Assembly (NCBI RefSeq): GCF_025526975.1
Contig: NW_026515676.1
Coordinates: 372,001-436,000, forward strand
From: Fimicolochytrium jonesii
Lineage: Eukaryota
Direction of reading: 5' to 3'
Length of the DNA stretch: 64,000 bases
Shown here: positions 40,468-51,974 of the stretch, piece after piece
How the letters are laid out: each line of letters begins with the position of its first letter
Position numbering within the stretch: position 1 is the first letter of the stretch
The notes under the pieces: generated by a model
The model's database searches: none
Seen by the model: only the letters and a program-made list of their open reading frames with translations
Told to the model about the DNA's origin: nothing
Position numbers and translations under genes: made by a program

Positions 40468-41634
40468 CGGAGGAACCTTCCTCGAACAAAAAGGCGGGGC
40501 GTGATCAAGAATAGCTTTGCTCTTCGCGTCGCCAAATCGCTTCTTCCTGCGATAGCCAGAAAAACCACGAGTCACGGAAGGAGAGATCTGTACTACAGTC
40601 CGGTAGCGAGGCGCCTGGGGGGATTGTAGTGTCGATATACTCTCCAAGAAAACGCAACGAATTTGGGAGTGTGAAAGCAGGTTGTAAGTCCCTTGAGGTC
40701 CAGATTATTCCCGCCTCAAGAGTTCCGGCGTGACGAAGCTCCGAAGACAGAGGGTTGGTATTTACGGAGAGCGGAGGATCGGGCAGGATGGGCGGGGTGT
40801 TTATATTCGAATCCCGGCAATGCCATCCAACTCTTTGATGGCCCTCCTGATTCACCGAATTGATTGGCGAATGTCAGCTACTTGCATTGTGGCACCAAAC
40901 TTACGACTGCGGAAAGTGTGACAGGATTTCCAATGTGGGGATTGATTGAGCCGGTATGCGGGACATATCAGCTGGAACCTTTGGGGGTCCAGACTCTGGC
41001 AGGAAAATGAAATGAATTACGGACATGAGAATCGGGTACGGGAGCACAATGTACGAGCGGGGCGCTAAACTGGTATTTTCTAATCAGCCATGCTGTCATC
41101 GTCGTTATCGGAAATAGAAGTGAGGCTTGGCACGATGCTGCGTCATTACTTGAGGATCCTAGCCGCTGTCGCTAGAGTGTAAAAAGCTTAAGTTTGTGCT
41201 AAACCCAGGCCCACGGTCCGAGAACGAGGTTAACCAAGCGTCATCTCCTGCAGGTGGATGCCGTTGGCAGGAGGATCGGGTCCATTGCAGAAGCTGGATC
41301 CGGAGAATGATTGATTCTCGAAGGCGAGGGACAGTAATGACAGGGCGGTAACGCGCTGTCGATATCGGAAGGTGCTTACTTGTCCACCTTCCTATCAGCC
41401 ACAACTCCCGCCGTGAACATGCAACTGCCGCACATCAGCCCGTCCACCCACCCACCTTTGAACTCATGCAGGACTCGGGGTCCGGGGAAAAGCGGTGATT
41501 TCGGCGCTATATAAAAGAGCAGCGATACCTCCTAACTGCCCCTCTTCCGTCTCACAGAAACATATCCCCACTGGATATTCCACCTGCAACCCACACAGCT
41601 AAGACAAGCCACGAGAGATCTGAACATAGTGGAT

Positions 41635-42507
41635 ATGAACTCAAATCGACGCAATCCGAAAATGGCAACACATAGTACCATTCCAGAAGCGACTGCTGCC
41701 GAGACAAAACCGATACCCACATCCACAGCCGAAATGCCTCCCCGACACGTCTCCGATACATCCGATTCGGACGGCGAAGCGCACATCTGCTACGTCTGCG
41801 GACTGGATTTCCGGACTGAGCGCGAGTTCAGCGTCCACGTGAAGTCTCCCGAGCATTCGGAGATGGCAAGCGATGGAGCTGGGGGCTCCAGGAAAGGCGC
41901 TCCAGCAAGTTTTGGGAAGGGGATGAAGAGGATCATTGCGAATAGGAAGCGGGCCGTGGCCAAGAGGGCTGGGAAAAAAGGCCCGAAGGTGAATAGTGAA
42001 GCGGTGGAGGCTGAGGCAGCGCAGCGGGAAGAAGACGAGGTTGTGTACGCATCGCCATCAGAGGCAGCATCGGAGCAAGCTTCCGCACCATCACCCAACA
42101 ACGACACCTCGACATCCGCCCCCACCTCCTCAGAAAATCGTTTTGTCTTCGGCGGCGCACCCCCCAAATCCAAATCCACACACGCCGTCTCAACAACCAC
42201 CCACCTCCCCACCACCAACACCCACCGTCACATCCCAGCGGCTCTCGCCCAAACCCTCACCACTCTCCCCACATCCACGCAACGCACGCTCCTACAACAC
42301 ACCCGACAAGCCGAGCTGATCTCCATGGCGCACTTGCCAGCGTCTGCGTTGGTTCAGATTGCGAGAGATATGGAGGTTGCGACGAGGGAGAGCGCGCGGA
42401 CGGCGCAGAAGGCGTATGCGGAGGGCGGTGTGAGGGCCAATTTGCAGCGGAATTTCAAGAGTATGAGCAAGGCGATGGACGCGGGGTTAATGACGACCAA
42501 GACGTGA
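41635..42507 (+). CDS. Single C2H2 zinc-finger protein
   Basis: CYVCGLDFRTEREFSVHVKSPEH; basic NLS-like segment. Confidence 0.65.
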   Translation: MNSNRRNPKMATHSTIPEATAAETKPIPTSTAEMPPRHVSDTSDSDGEAHICYVCGLDFRTEREFSVHVKSPEHSEMASDGAGGSRKGAPASFGKGMKRIIANRKRAVAKRAGKKGPKVNSEAVEAEAAQREEDEVVYASPSEAASEQASAPSPNNDTSTSAPTSSENRFVFGGAPPKSKSTHAVSTTTHLPTTNTHRHIPAALAQTLTTLPTSTQRTLLQHTRQAELISMAHLPASALVQIARDMEVATRESARTAQKAYAEGGVRANLQRNFKSMSKAMDAGLMTTKT

Positions 42508-43145
42508 TGAGGTAGATAGTATTAGATGAACTATGGACTCCACGAACCTTTTTTGGATCTTGTAATATACCAACTTCTAGAACTATTGAAATTTGTATAA
42601 GAGATGCTGTGCCTGGTGTGATCATCGACCGCTCGTGTAATACATGTGTTTGAGTTCTGAATTCGCGGTACAAGACAATCCGACTATGGACGAGCCGGTA
42701 CAATGGTTGCGGTGATGGGCGTTTGTATGAGTTAAAGCAGCTTTTCGGTCTCGCACTCCTGCAGTTACGATCTCACATGCCTTCGGCAGCTACAACGGGT
42801 TCTGTGTATCACTTTTGAAGAGGGACTCGCCAAAAACAATAGGATTTCATAGATGGTCGCCGGCGACATCGGGTGAGAGAACTATGAGCTGGGACCTCCC
42901 AACCTCTGTGGTACGTCTGCTATGGAATGCATCGGAGTGTAAAACGGCAACCACACCTCCGGTCATTCCATCCCGGCGAAACCTGGCATTGTTTTTTGTA
43001 AATGCCCCAGTTCAGCAGGGTACACACTATTAGGGCCTCCATATGAATGCGAATGATGACGGGGAAAAGGGTGTCACTCATTTTTGATGATGTCGCCGGG
43101 ACCGAACTTCGTTCCAAAACAGTACTGCAGCGGTCGTGGAAGACG

Positions 43146-44398
43146 TCAGCGCGTAACCTTCTTGGCTGACCGCGGCGCTCGTTTCGAAGAAGGTGGCGGC
43201 TGCGGAGGAGGCTTTTGGGTTTTCGCCGTCGACGAGCTTTTCCCAGCACCGCTAGCAGTAAAGGCTTTCCCATCCTTCGCGTTCCTCTTCCGCTTCGTTC
43301 CCTTCGCTTGCGGCTCGGGATCCCACGGGTTGCTTCCGGTTATCAAGAAACGGTACATCATGTGCGGTTTCAAGAACTCCATCATGCTTTTGAGGTTTTC
43401 GAAAGGACGGGTTTGAAACCTAAGTTGGTGGTGAAGAAGGGCGCCGTACAGCGGATTGATGCCGGTAAGCAGCCAGGAAAGAGTGACGTGGATTCTGTCA
43501 ATCTTGTAGCTTAAAGCTCGCATACGGAACGCTGCGTTTGGATCATCAAAGTCGAGGATCGTGCATTCGAAAGCCTGCATGTACATTGGTTCATCATAGG
43601 GTAAGGTGATCGTCAGCATCAGCTAAACAATAGAAGCACTGAAGACTCCCAAAAGGACAAAGGCGAAAAGTTTCTGCAACAGAATGGAGGCGTACCAATT
43701 CCTTGTAGCCGATAATGGCATGCGCAGCGTCAGCCGAATCTTTCTGCTTTCGGTCATTCTGATGCTTCTGGATAGCCGTCGAGAACCCGCTCAGCGAGGA
43801 ATCAAACCGTTTCCCCCTCGTAGGCCTCCCGCTTGCATTCGTCCCTGACCTCCCGCCAAAAGCCTTCCACCCCACAAAGTCCACGGCTTGGGGTCCGCCA
43901 TCCTCTATCAACACATCCACCTCCTCTCGGTCGCATGCGAGTCCCGTTATCGTTTTTTCACCCAAGATGACTGTGATTGGCGTGAAGGTGATCATATCTG
44001 TTGGCGGGTCGAATGCTACAGGAGCAAAGAAGCATGCGACGTTATGGAAGTCGGTTTCCACAAGGAACAGAGGAGGCGCAGTCCTATCGAGTTGGCTGCG
44101 ATCTTCATATGCGTAAGGAAGCGTCCGGCTGAGGTGGGTGTCGACCAAGGCGTATGGGAAAAGACGGTCGCATACAGCTTTGACCGAGCGAGAGATAGGT
44201 CGCAGCCTGAATATAATTGAGACAATGGTAAGCATGGAGGAATCCCCACAATTGCGCCTTGCTACAGCGGAACGCACACCTCCAAACCGAGCGCCAATCG
44301 AGCACGCGGGCCTCCAAGACCAAGTCCAGAATTATGTGGACTGGCAGCGCGGAAGTGTTGCTGTAGCTCCTTTTCGAGTTTCGCCTGTTTGAGGGCAT
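43146..44398 (-). CDS. Divergent F-box-like protein, 3 exons
   Basis: Splicing joins LPVHIILDLVLEARVLDWRSVW to RLRPISRSVKAVCDRLF; second intron joins to the 43146-43619 frame. Confidence 0.55.
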
Positions 44399-46254
44399 CT
44401 TCGCTGCGTATATCGGTTTCTCCGTATGTGCCTGTTCCACGGGTCGAAAAGAAGGGAGGAACAGAGGAAGCGGAAAGACGCTGGGAACTGGGGAAAGACG
44501 CATGAACATCTGGGGAATGCTCGGAATGCGACATCTTGGCCATTCCCCCCAGGAGGACAGACCGCCTCTCAGAACCAGTTACGACAGACGAGATATATCA
44601 TGTATCCTCTGATACCCCTTTCGGAGAGAGCGCAGAGAGGTCTTTATCGGCTGCTTAACATCACATCCAAGGAAATCAAAGACTTTGTTCCCAAAATTAC
44701 CGTCCGACAGCAAACGCGCCGGTCTCCCATCAAAACCGGATGAACTTGCGGGCATTGTCAGATGTGCGCTTTTCTGCACGCCCCATTCAGAATTTTCACC
44801 GGTCTGACCTATCATCTTAATCTGCCTACTTGACTACTGTGTAGCCGGGCAATTCCTACAATCCGAGGGCATTTCCTATAATCGTTCCCCAGCTCTGAAA
44901 GCCAGGTTCCACTAGAGATGCCCCTGATTCACAAGGCGATCCCACTTTTTGATGTGCTCGAGAATGTGTACAGCTATTGCGCGTTGCCGGCCAACCTTGA
45001 GACATAGAGGTCTTAGGCGAGACCCTCGAGTTACTAGGGACGGATTCGGGAGACCTTCTTCTGAGTGGCCATAGTTTCGTCGATCTGTGGGGCCTAGGTC
45101 AACACTGCCTTCCATATTCGCCCTGGGCCGAAAAAACCCAACCGCGGCACGAAAAGCGACTTTCAAGCTTCTATATCAACTGCTACATCTTCCGGCGTCG
45201 TCTGCTGAGGATGAACAAGTTGAGGAGGAGATGTAGGGAGCTGTTTTCTTTGTAGCCTCCCACCCTTCAACGTTCCAACCAACCAACCAACCAACCAACG
45301 TTTTATATCAATATAAAAGACAAGAAGTATTGTAAGCGCGGGGTACGAGCAGAGATTTCCCCACACGAAGGAACAACGGAAAACTCTGAATTGTTGGCAA
45401 AATAAGCGGGCTCCCACGTACTTCGATAAGGGTGAGGAGGCGACGACGGACGAGGAGTTCACTGATTTGTATCGAATGGCTTGGAGGCTGCTGAACGAGG
45501 GGCTGGAAGAGGAGGAGAGAAAGAAGATGAGGAGAAGATTATTTGGAAAGAGCAATGCGAAGGCGAAGAAAAGCTGTCCGATTCCGCAGAGGGAGGAGAA
45601 CAGAAGCCAGATGGTAGACGAGTGATTTATCAGATTGATAGGGATATGTTACCTTCTTTTGGAGACTAGACCTTTCTTCGCTCATCTAGCGTTGAGGAGA
45701 AAAAAACCCTTTGCCTTTGTTGCTTTGCTGTTCAAGCGAACTATATGTACGCTTCGCACCACGAGGAAACTCGTTCGTGTTCAATTGACGAACGCTAAAC
45801 GCAGTTCCTCTTGACGAACTGTTGGCAGGCATACACCAACGATGCGGTTTGTGGTGGGCCTGTAATGAGCGCAGACCCTAGGTAGTAGAAAGCAACCGCC
45901 CAGAATGGAAGTCACATCTGTATACCCAGTTTCCGTAACCACCGTCTACGGCTGTGGTTGTACTGTAATTGGCTCTGCTGTCAGGATAAGTAGCTGTCAA
46001 AGCGCGTCGGAGTTGCCTCCGAGGTTGAGATCGACGCGAAAACATACTGTAACATGTATTATATTCTGCTAGAGCACGCCGAGAATCCGTTTTCGAGAGG
46101 AATTGACTTTCACAATGGATTAATCTCATTTATGCTTCGTATTTATTCAGATTATGCAGAAGCATGAGCAACATGATTTCAAGATCTAGCATCTGATCAT
46201 ATGTATGCCTTAAGTGATAAGTGGAAGTTCGGGGATGATCCAATCATTTCCGGG

Positions 46255-46795
46255 TAGAAGGAGCATCAATGACAGCTGTAAATGGGCCTTGTCTGGACGA
46301 CCCTTGTCATGCCAGTAACTCTAAGGTACTATCGCCCGGAATCGGTCTGCTTTGAGCAATGAAGACGTTGATAGAACTGGAAAGCGGAAACACAAGCACC
46401 GACGCTGAACCAACGACGGTATCCCCTTGCTCCTCCTAACAAAGCAAGCCCACCCCCAGAATGGCCATCGTACAATCCCAGTATCGGCTAGAAGGAGCAT
46501 CAATGACAGCTGTAAATGGGACCCTTGTCTGGACGAGCCTTGTCAAGCCAGTAACTCTAACGGTAAAAAACTCACGAGTTTATATTTACTTGATCAGAAT
46601 GGGCAACGGGAAACGGGAGGACATGTCAATTCTCATTGGCAGCGATGTGGTCCTCTACGCTGGCGCTCTTTCTTGCTTTAGAGCTCTCCTCGTCGACGGC
46701 CCAATATTGTCGCTCGGAATCCGTCTGCTTTGAGCAATCACGACGTTGATAGTACTGGAAAGCGGAAACACAGGCACCGACGCTGAACCAACGAC
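46255..46795. repeat. Degenerate tandem duplication; copy 1 (46255-46417) lacks ~140 bp present in copy 2 (46489-46795)
   Basis: TAGAAGGAGCATCAATGACAGCTGTAAATGGG at 46255 and 46489; CTGGAAAGCGGAAACACA...CGACGCTGAACCAACGAC in both copies. Confidence 0.9.
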
Positions 46796-46802
46796 CGCCC
46801 AC

Positions 46803-49174
46803 ATGACGTCCGAGCCTTTGATGATGGAAACCGAGACGGGTCCAGCAACCGGATCCGATTTCAATCCTGCAGCACTCGCCGCGCACCTAGGCGGTGGCTC
46901 CACGAAAAGCCATACGAATGCCCCGCTGTGGTGCATTCTTATCGTGGGTCAGCTCGCAATTTTGGCTGTCATTATTGTGCCTAGCAGCACGCTTTTCGTG
47001 ACGAACGCGTATAGTACGGTTGAACAGGTGAGGGTTAGTCGAACAACCGCTTTCCAGACTCGGAAATGTTCTGACCGTTTCGCCACCCTCATCTCAGAAT
47101 GCAGATGTCATTTTAGATGTAAGGCCTTGACGCACACAGATTTGGTATCAATGAGGATTCTCACATATTCCCGGGAACAGTTGACGATTTCCAAGTCATT
47201 AAACGAAATCTCTGCCACGTTAAATACCAGCTACATCGTAGCTCATAACTTTGGAAAACGGCCAAGCACCACGGCGGTGATTTTGAATGCTTTGGCAGGC
47301 GCCAGCTTGGAGGAACAAGTGACCCTTAAACAAGACTGGCCCCGCGGTAAGCTAGACTGTCCGCTTCCTTCTGAGCTCGTTGCGGACGCTGAGCGTACTC
47401 TTCGCGATGGACAGAGCTTGCGAATACTTTGGTAGATCATGCCAACATCGCAACGTGAGTGAATCGCACGACGTTCATTGATATCTGCTGATCCGAAACT
47501 AACCCGATTCTTGACAGCATTGCGTGCTTTGGAAACGGAGGTGAGTGTTTTCGTTTCGAGTTCCGTCTCAACCAAAAAATATATACGAATGATTGGCTTC
47601 TCCACAATAACTTCAGGACCGACTCCGCCTTTCGTTGTGCAAGTGGCCATGGACAAATGGGAGTTCCCCATCACTCCCGCGAGCATCGGCACCACTTATC
47701 CCACCATACCAGCCGATTACTACAGCCGAAGATTCTTCACTTACGACTTCATGGACAGTCGAACTCCCGCAGTCACATCTTCCCGCTTCCCCGGTGAGGT
47801 CGCGCCTGGCAACCAAGTGTACTACATGCATAACCTGGACGCAAAAGCCACACTATTCTCGCCGACGCTCCAGGCCGCATTGCAGAACAGCTCGGTCATA
47901 AACGCAAAGTTTCAATACTACTTCCAATCGCCCGATCCCGCCTTTCCGCAGCTCTGGGCGTATCCTCCGGGGTTGCCATATAACTATTCTGCCGATCCGG
48001 GGTATCAGTACATGCAAGCTGCATCGAGAGAGGGCGCAAGGAAGTGGACGGTGAACGGCTTGAGCAATACTCTCTATGGGTTAGTGGCGCGAAGATGCAA
48101 GCAAATTTGAGAGAGATGTCTGATAATGGTTGGGTTTACAGGACTGTCATGACGAACTTGTATGCCTTCAACGGGAGTCAGGCGTCTATCCCTTCGCACA
48201 TGTGTGAGGCGGGCGGATCCATTGCTGATTCCCTCAACCCGCTCCTGGAAGCTTCCGTGCCGTCTGACAATGGTCTCATATTTGTGTTTGATACCACGCC
48301 GGCGGCCGAAACAGTGCCACCCTTGAAGCCTGGTCCCCTGATTGCGTCGTCCGTCAAAGACTCCGCCTTTAGAACCATCCTTCGACCGCCTTCCAGAGTG
48401 TTCGAAAGATGTGAGTTGGCTTCTGCATGCTTCATGGGCGGTGCGGTGCATGCAACCAAACTTATCCGTTCAGTTTACACCACGCCACTCAGTCATCGTA
48501 CAAAGCTCGCCGGACCCACGCATATCCCAAATTGGCAACTTCCTCGCAGCACAGAACCCCGCCCTGACTCTGACAGGTCGAAATAAATACCAAGCCAAAC
48601 TCAACGGCACGACGTGGTATCTCGCGACGCAGGAGCTCCGTCCGGACGACGCGGGCACTCTCTGGCAAGTCGTGGTCGCCTTCCCTCGAAGCGACTTCTT
48701 CCACGGCATCGACTCGTCCATCCGCCTGAGCATCATCGTCATCGCCGTCCTCACTTCTGTCGGGCTGATATTCATCCTCATCCTGTCGTTCGCATTTACC
48801 ATCCCGCTGCGCAGACTTGGCTATCGCATGGAAGAGGTGACACAGATGAGATTCAGCAGCCTGGAAAATAGGTCGCTGGAGGCCCGTAGTTTCGTGCGCG
48901 AGATAGGATCATTGGAAAACACGTTCCAAGTCATGGTTCAGGCATTGTGAGTGTTGATCGCTCATTTCAGCGGTTCTATTCTTACGGCGGCGTATCTAAT
49001 CCCTAGCTCTTTTTCCTAATTAGCGCTGCTGGAATCCGCATGAACGCCAGCTTAACCACGAAGACCAAGTTCACCGCGACTCACGATCACGCCCCGCCGC
49101 ATGACGGCGCAAATGATTTGGTTGCGGGCCTTGAGGATTGTCCGGGAAAGAGACGGATCGAGGACTACATATGA
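46803..49174 (+). CDS. Membrane sensor-like protein: TM - extracellular Cache-like region - TM - HAMP, short tail, multi-exon
   Basis: TM1 LWCILIVGQLAILAVIIVP; WQVVVAFPRSDFF before TM2 (Cache C-terminal pattern); HAMP-like TIPLRRLGYRMEEV...REIGSLENTFQVMVQAF; stop ~50 aa later at 49174. Confidence 0.7.
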
Positions 49175-50400
49175 AAGGAAAACATGGTGGTCTGGTCCTG
49201 GTGAACGTTGGCGGGTAGTTTGTACAATAGCATCAAAAAGAGAGAGAGAAGGCCCGAGTGGGTTAGTTAACCCATATGCGCCTAACTGGTTTTCGCATGC
49301 CTGTACGAGCTTTATGTGCCGAAAGACCTCTCCTTGCGCTAGCAGAAGAATCGATGCCCTGAAAAGGGCTTCAAAGCACAGCCCACCGGATGTGACCGAT
49401 TGCCATGGATGCATACGTGTGCTCCCACATAGCAGTTAATAGCCGTCAATCACGCGCAACGGCGACTCCCCAGTTTACGCCGTTGACTGATTTACTGCAA
49501 AGGCTCACTCGCCTGTTGTGAGGTCATCAAACTGGTACATGTTCCCAGGCAGGCCGGTCGGTGACTTCTGCTGGTCAGAGAGATTTGTAGTCCGAAGATG
49601 AGCAACTGGTTTATAGCAAGCGGCACAATGATTCTTCGCCGTCTTTGGACATTTACAGCACCGCCACCGGACAGTGCTCACCCTGCGTCCCTGACGTTGG
49701 AGGGTTCGGGATCGGACCTTCCAGTTATATGCTCGTCGCGTGCATCGACTCGCCTAGGATCATTCAAGTTGCCATTCGCTGAAGTGCAGTAATTGCCCGG
49801 CGGATTACTGGTGTTTGGACAGCGACCCATTGAACGTAATAAAACGTTTTACACTCTGCTAGATACCCAAGCCCGGTGTACTTCACTGTTCATACCCGTA
49901 GTGTACTTAACCTAGAACGTTGATCGTATCTAGATACAGCAATACCATCTTTCAATTTACCACATATTCCCGCCCTTTACACATCGAGGCCGTGGGGATA
50001 CCGATGCAGATAAAAGCTCTTGGACCTACAGCATATGCCCCGTCCTTGCGCTAATTCTCCTTCATCAATCTCCGGAAACGTACAAGCCACCGGCGAAGTT
50101 GTTTCCGCAGGGACTTCATGGCGCATATCGTATCAGGCTTACTTTATTGACCAGGCCCGTTTGCGTTTCCACGAAGCACCGCAGATAAAGCAAAGACGGC
50201 GATGGTCAGCGAAATTATTTGATCAAGTCTGGCGTGAAGTTGCCCAAGCATTTTATTGTCTAGTACAGTAAGAGGGAGGTGCACCAGGTACCTCGAGAGA
50301 ATGTAGGATGAGGAAAATCTAAGGTGGGATGTGCCTCTATGTAGCAATGATATTTGAGATTTGATTTCAGAACAGTCTAAGACCAATACGACCCCGACGT

Positions 50401-51200
50401 CTAGACTACAGGGAAAAAGATGCTCAGGCCGGCGGCCGCAGCTGCCGCGAGCACGCCCTGCGCTGCCCTGTTGCCGCTTGCGCCCGCGCTTGGTTGGACT
50501 GCGGCCGCGGGGGCAGGGCCGGCAGGCTGAGCCGGGACAACGGCGGATCCAGCACCGGGCTGAGTGGTTTGTACGACCGGCACTGTCGGCCTTCCTGGCG
50601 GCCGTTTCGGCCTTGTGACAACTACACCAGACGTGATGGTCTCGTTCCGAAGTCTTGTCGTCCAGGCGTAGAGAGGCAGCGACAGGGTCGGCACCTGCCC
50701 ATCGCCGCACACACAGACAGCGGTGTAAGAGTCGTACGCAGTGAAGGTGCCGGTGTTAGTAGTGTTCAACGCGGTACACCCGTTCAAGCACTGTGCCCCA
50801 AAGAGGGCTCTAGCCCGCCCGCGATGGCGCCTACGGAAGGGGTGGAAATTGTATACCGGCGGAATCACCTGCTGTCCCGTGGTGGGTGATACGAAGGGGA
50901 TGGGGATCGCGGTAGCGGCGCAGGCTTTGCACATTGTCGCGGCGAACGGGGCATCAACGGGACCAACGCAAGTGCTGCCAGTGGCGGCACTTCTGGGGCG
51001 GCCTGTCGGGCAGCCAGGGTTGATCTGAGCTTGCAATTGCTGACAGCGGCTTCGAAGGCTCGGCAGTATTCGGTTGTAGTGGTGTTGCTGGCGATAGGAG
51101 CCGTCTCGGTGGTGTTAGTGGCGGGCGTTTGGGCGAGGACGGCGGAGGCTTGCAGCAGGGCGAGCGTCACACCTACTGCAGCGAAGATTTTCGATGGCAT
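50401..51200 (-). pseudogene. Cys-containing secreted, GPI-anchor-like protein with an apparent frameshift near 51030
   Basis: Signal peptide MPSKIFAAVGVTLALLQASAVLA in one frame; Cys-rich body and hydrophobic C-terminus GVLAAAAAAGLSIFFPVV in another; no intron visible at the junction. Confidence 0.6.
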
Positions 51201-51563
51201 TGTCGCAGGGATGTTCTTGGGGGTTTTTGGGGTTTCGGAGTTCTTCTTTGCTGATGCCTTCCAAGACGAAATGGCATTTGAATGCGTACTGGGAAGACGA
51301 TGGGAAGAGGAGCAAGAGGAAACGTCGCCTTTATATACAAATGGGGAGGCCTCAGGTACCTTTTTGCAAGCCTCCGAGAGCCTCCGTAAACGACTCGAAC
51401 CTTAATACCTTATATTACGTAGCAGGAGAGCGGGCCGAGGCTCCGAGCGCGATTCACATTCCTCCTTCCTCTCCTGCGGCAGCGTGAAGTTCAGCGGTCG
51501 GTGGGTCGCGTGGCCCATCGTGGCAGAGCGGGTAACTTCCGGCGGACGGTCGGAAGGATTGTG

Positions 51564-51721
51564 CAGTAGGTGGCCAAAAGTCCGGGTGCGACGGGTTCGC
51601 CAAGCCTCCGTGTGCAGTATTTGCAGTTGGGCTTGTTGGTTGCATCGGATGAGGAGGAAGGAGTAGAGGAGGAGCCTCTTGAGTCTTGAGGCGTCGTACC
51701 CGGACTTTTGGCCACCTACTG
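51564..51721. mobile_element. 158-bp MITE with 30-bp TIRs, Tc1/mariner-like ends
   Basis: CAGTAGGTGGCCAAAAGTCCGGGTGCGACG (51564-51593) vs inverted copy 51692-51721 with 1 mismatch; right flank TA, left flank TG. Confidence 0.85.
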
Positions 51722-51881
51722 TATATATACGCTCGCCGCTGAGCACACTTGTCATACAATGAATGGTACGCCAGGACTGCCGCGGTGACGTTGACAATGA
51801 GGACTTCAGGAACAGAGCCGAGCTTCTTCGAGAGCTGCACGCATGCCGGACTGAAAACTGTTCATGTATCACTTATATATA

Positions 51882-51974
51882 CAAGTTGCCATCATCGGCG
51901 ACGCCTCAGGCAGAGGTACAATGATGTGGATGGCAGATAACCACCACGGAAAATGGGATGGGGTGAAATCTAGA
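51882..51974 (-). ncRNA. Candidate Fanzor omegaRNA scaffold and element right end
   Basis: Immediately 3' of the Fanzor stop; stem TGCCATC/GATGGCA (51887-51893 with 51929-51935) enclosing hairpin CCTC-N5-GAGG (51904-51916); ends at a TATATATA tract. Confidence 0.5.

Noticed and set aside
44900..46200. AT-richer region with a CCAA microsatellite and a short E/K-rich ORF
   Set aside because: No coherent gene or element boundaries visible
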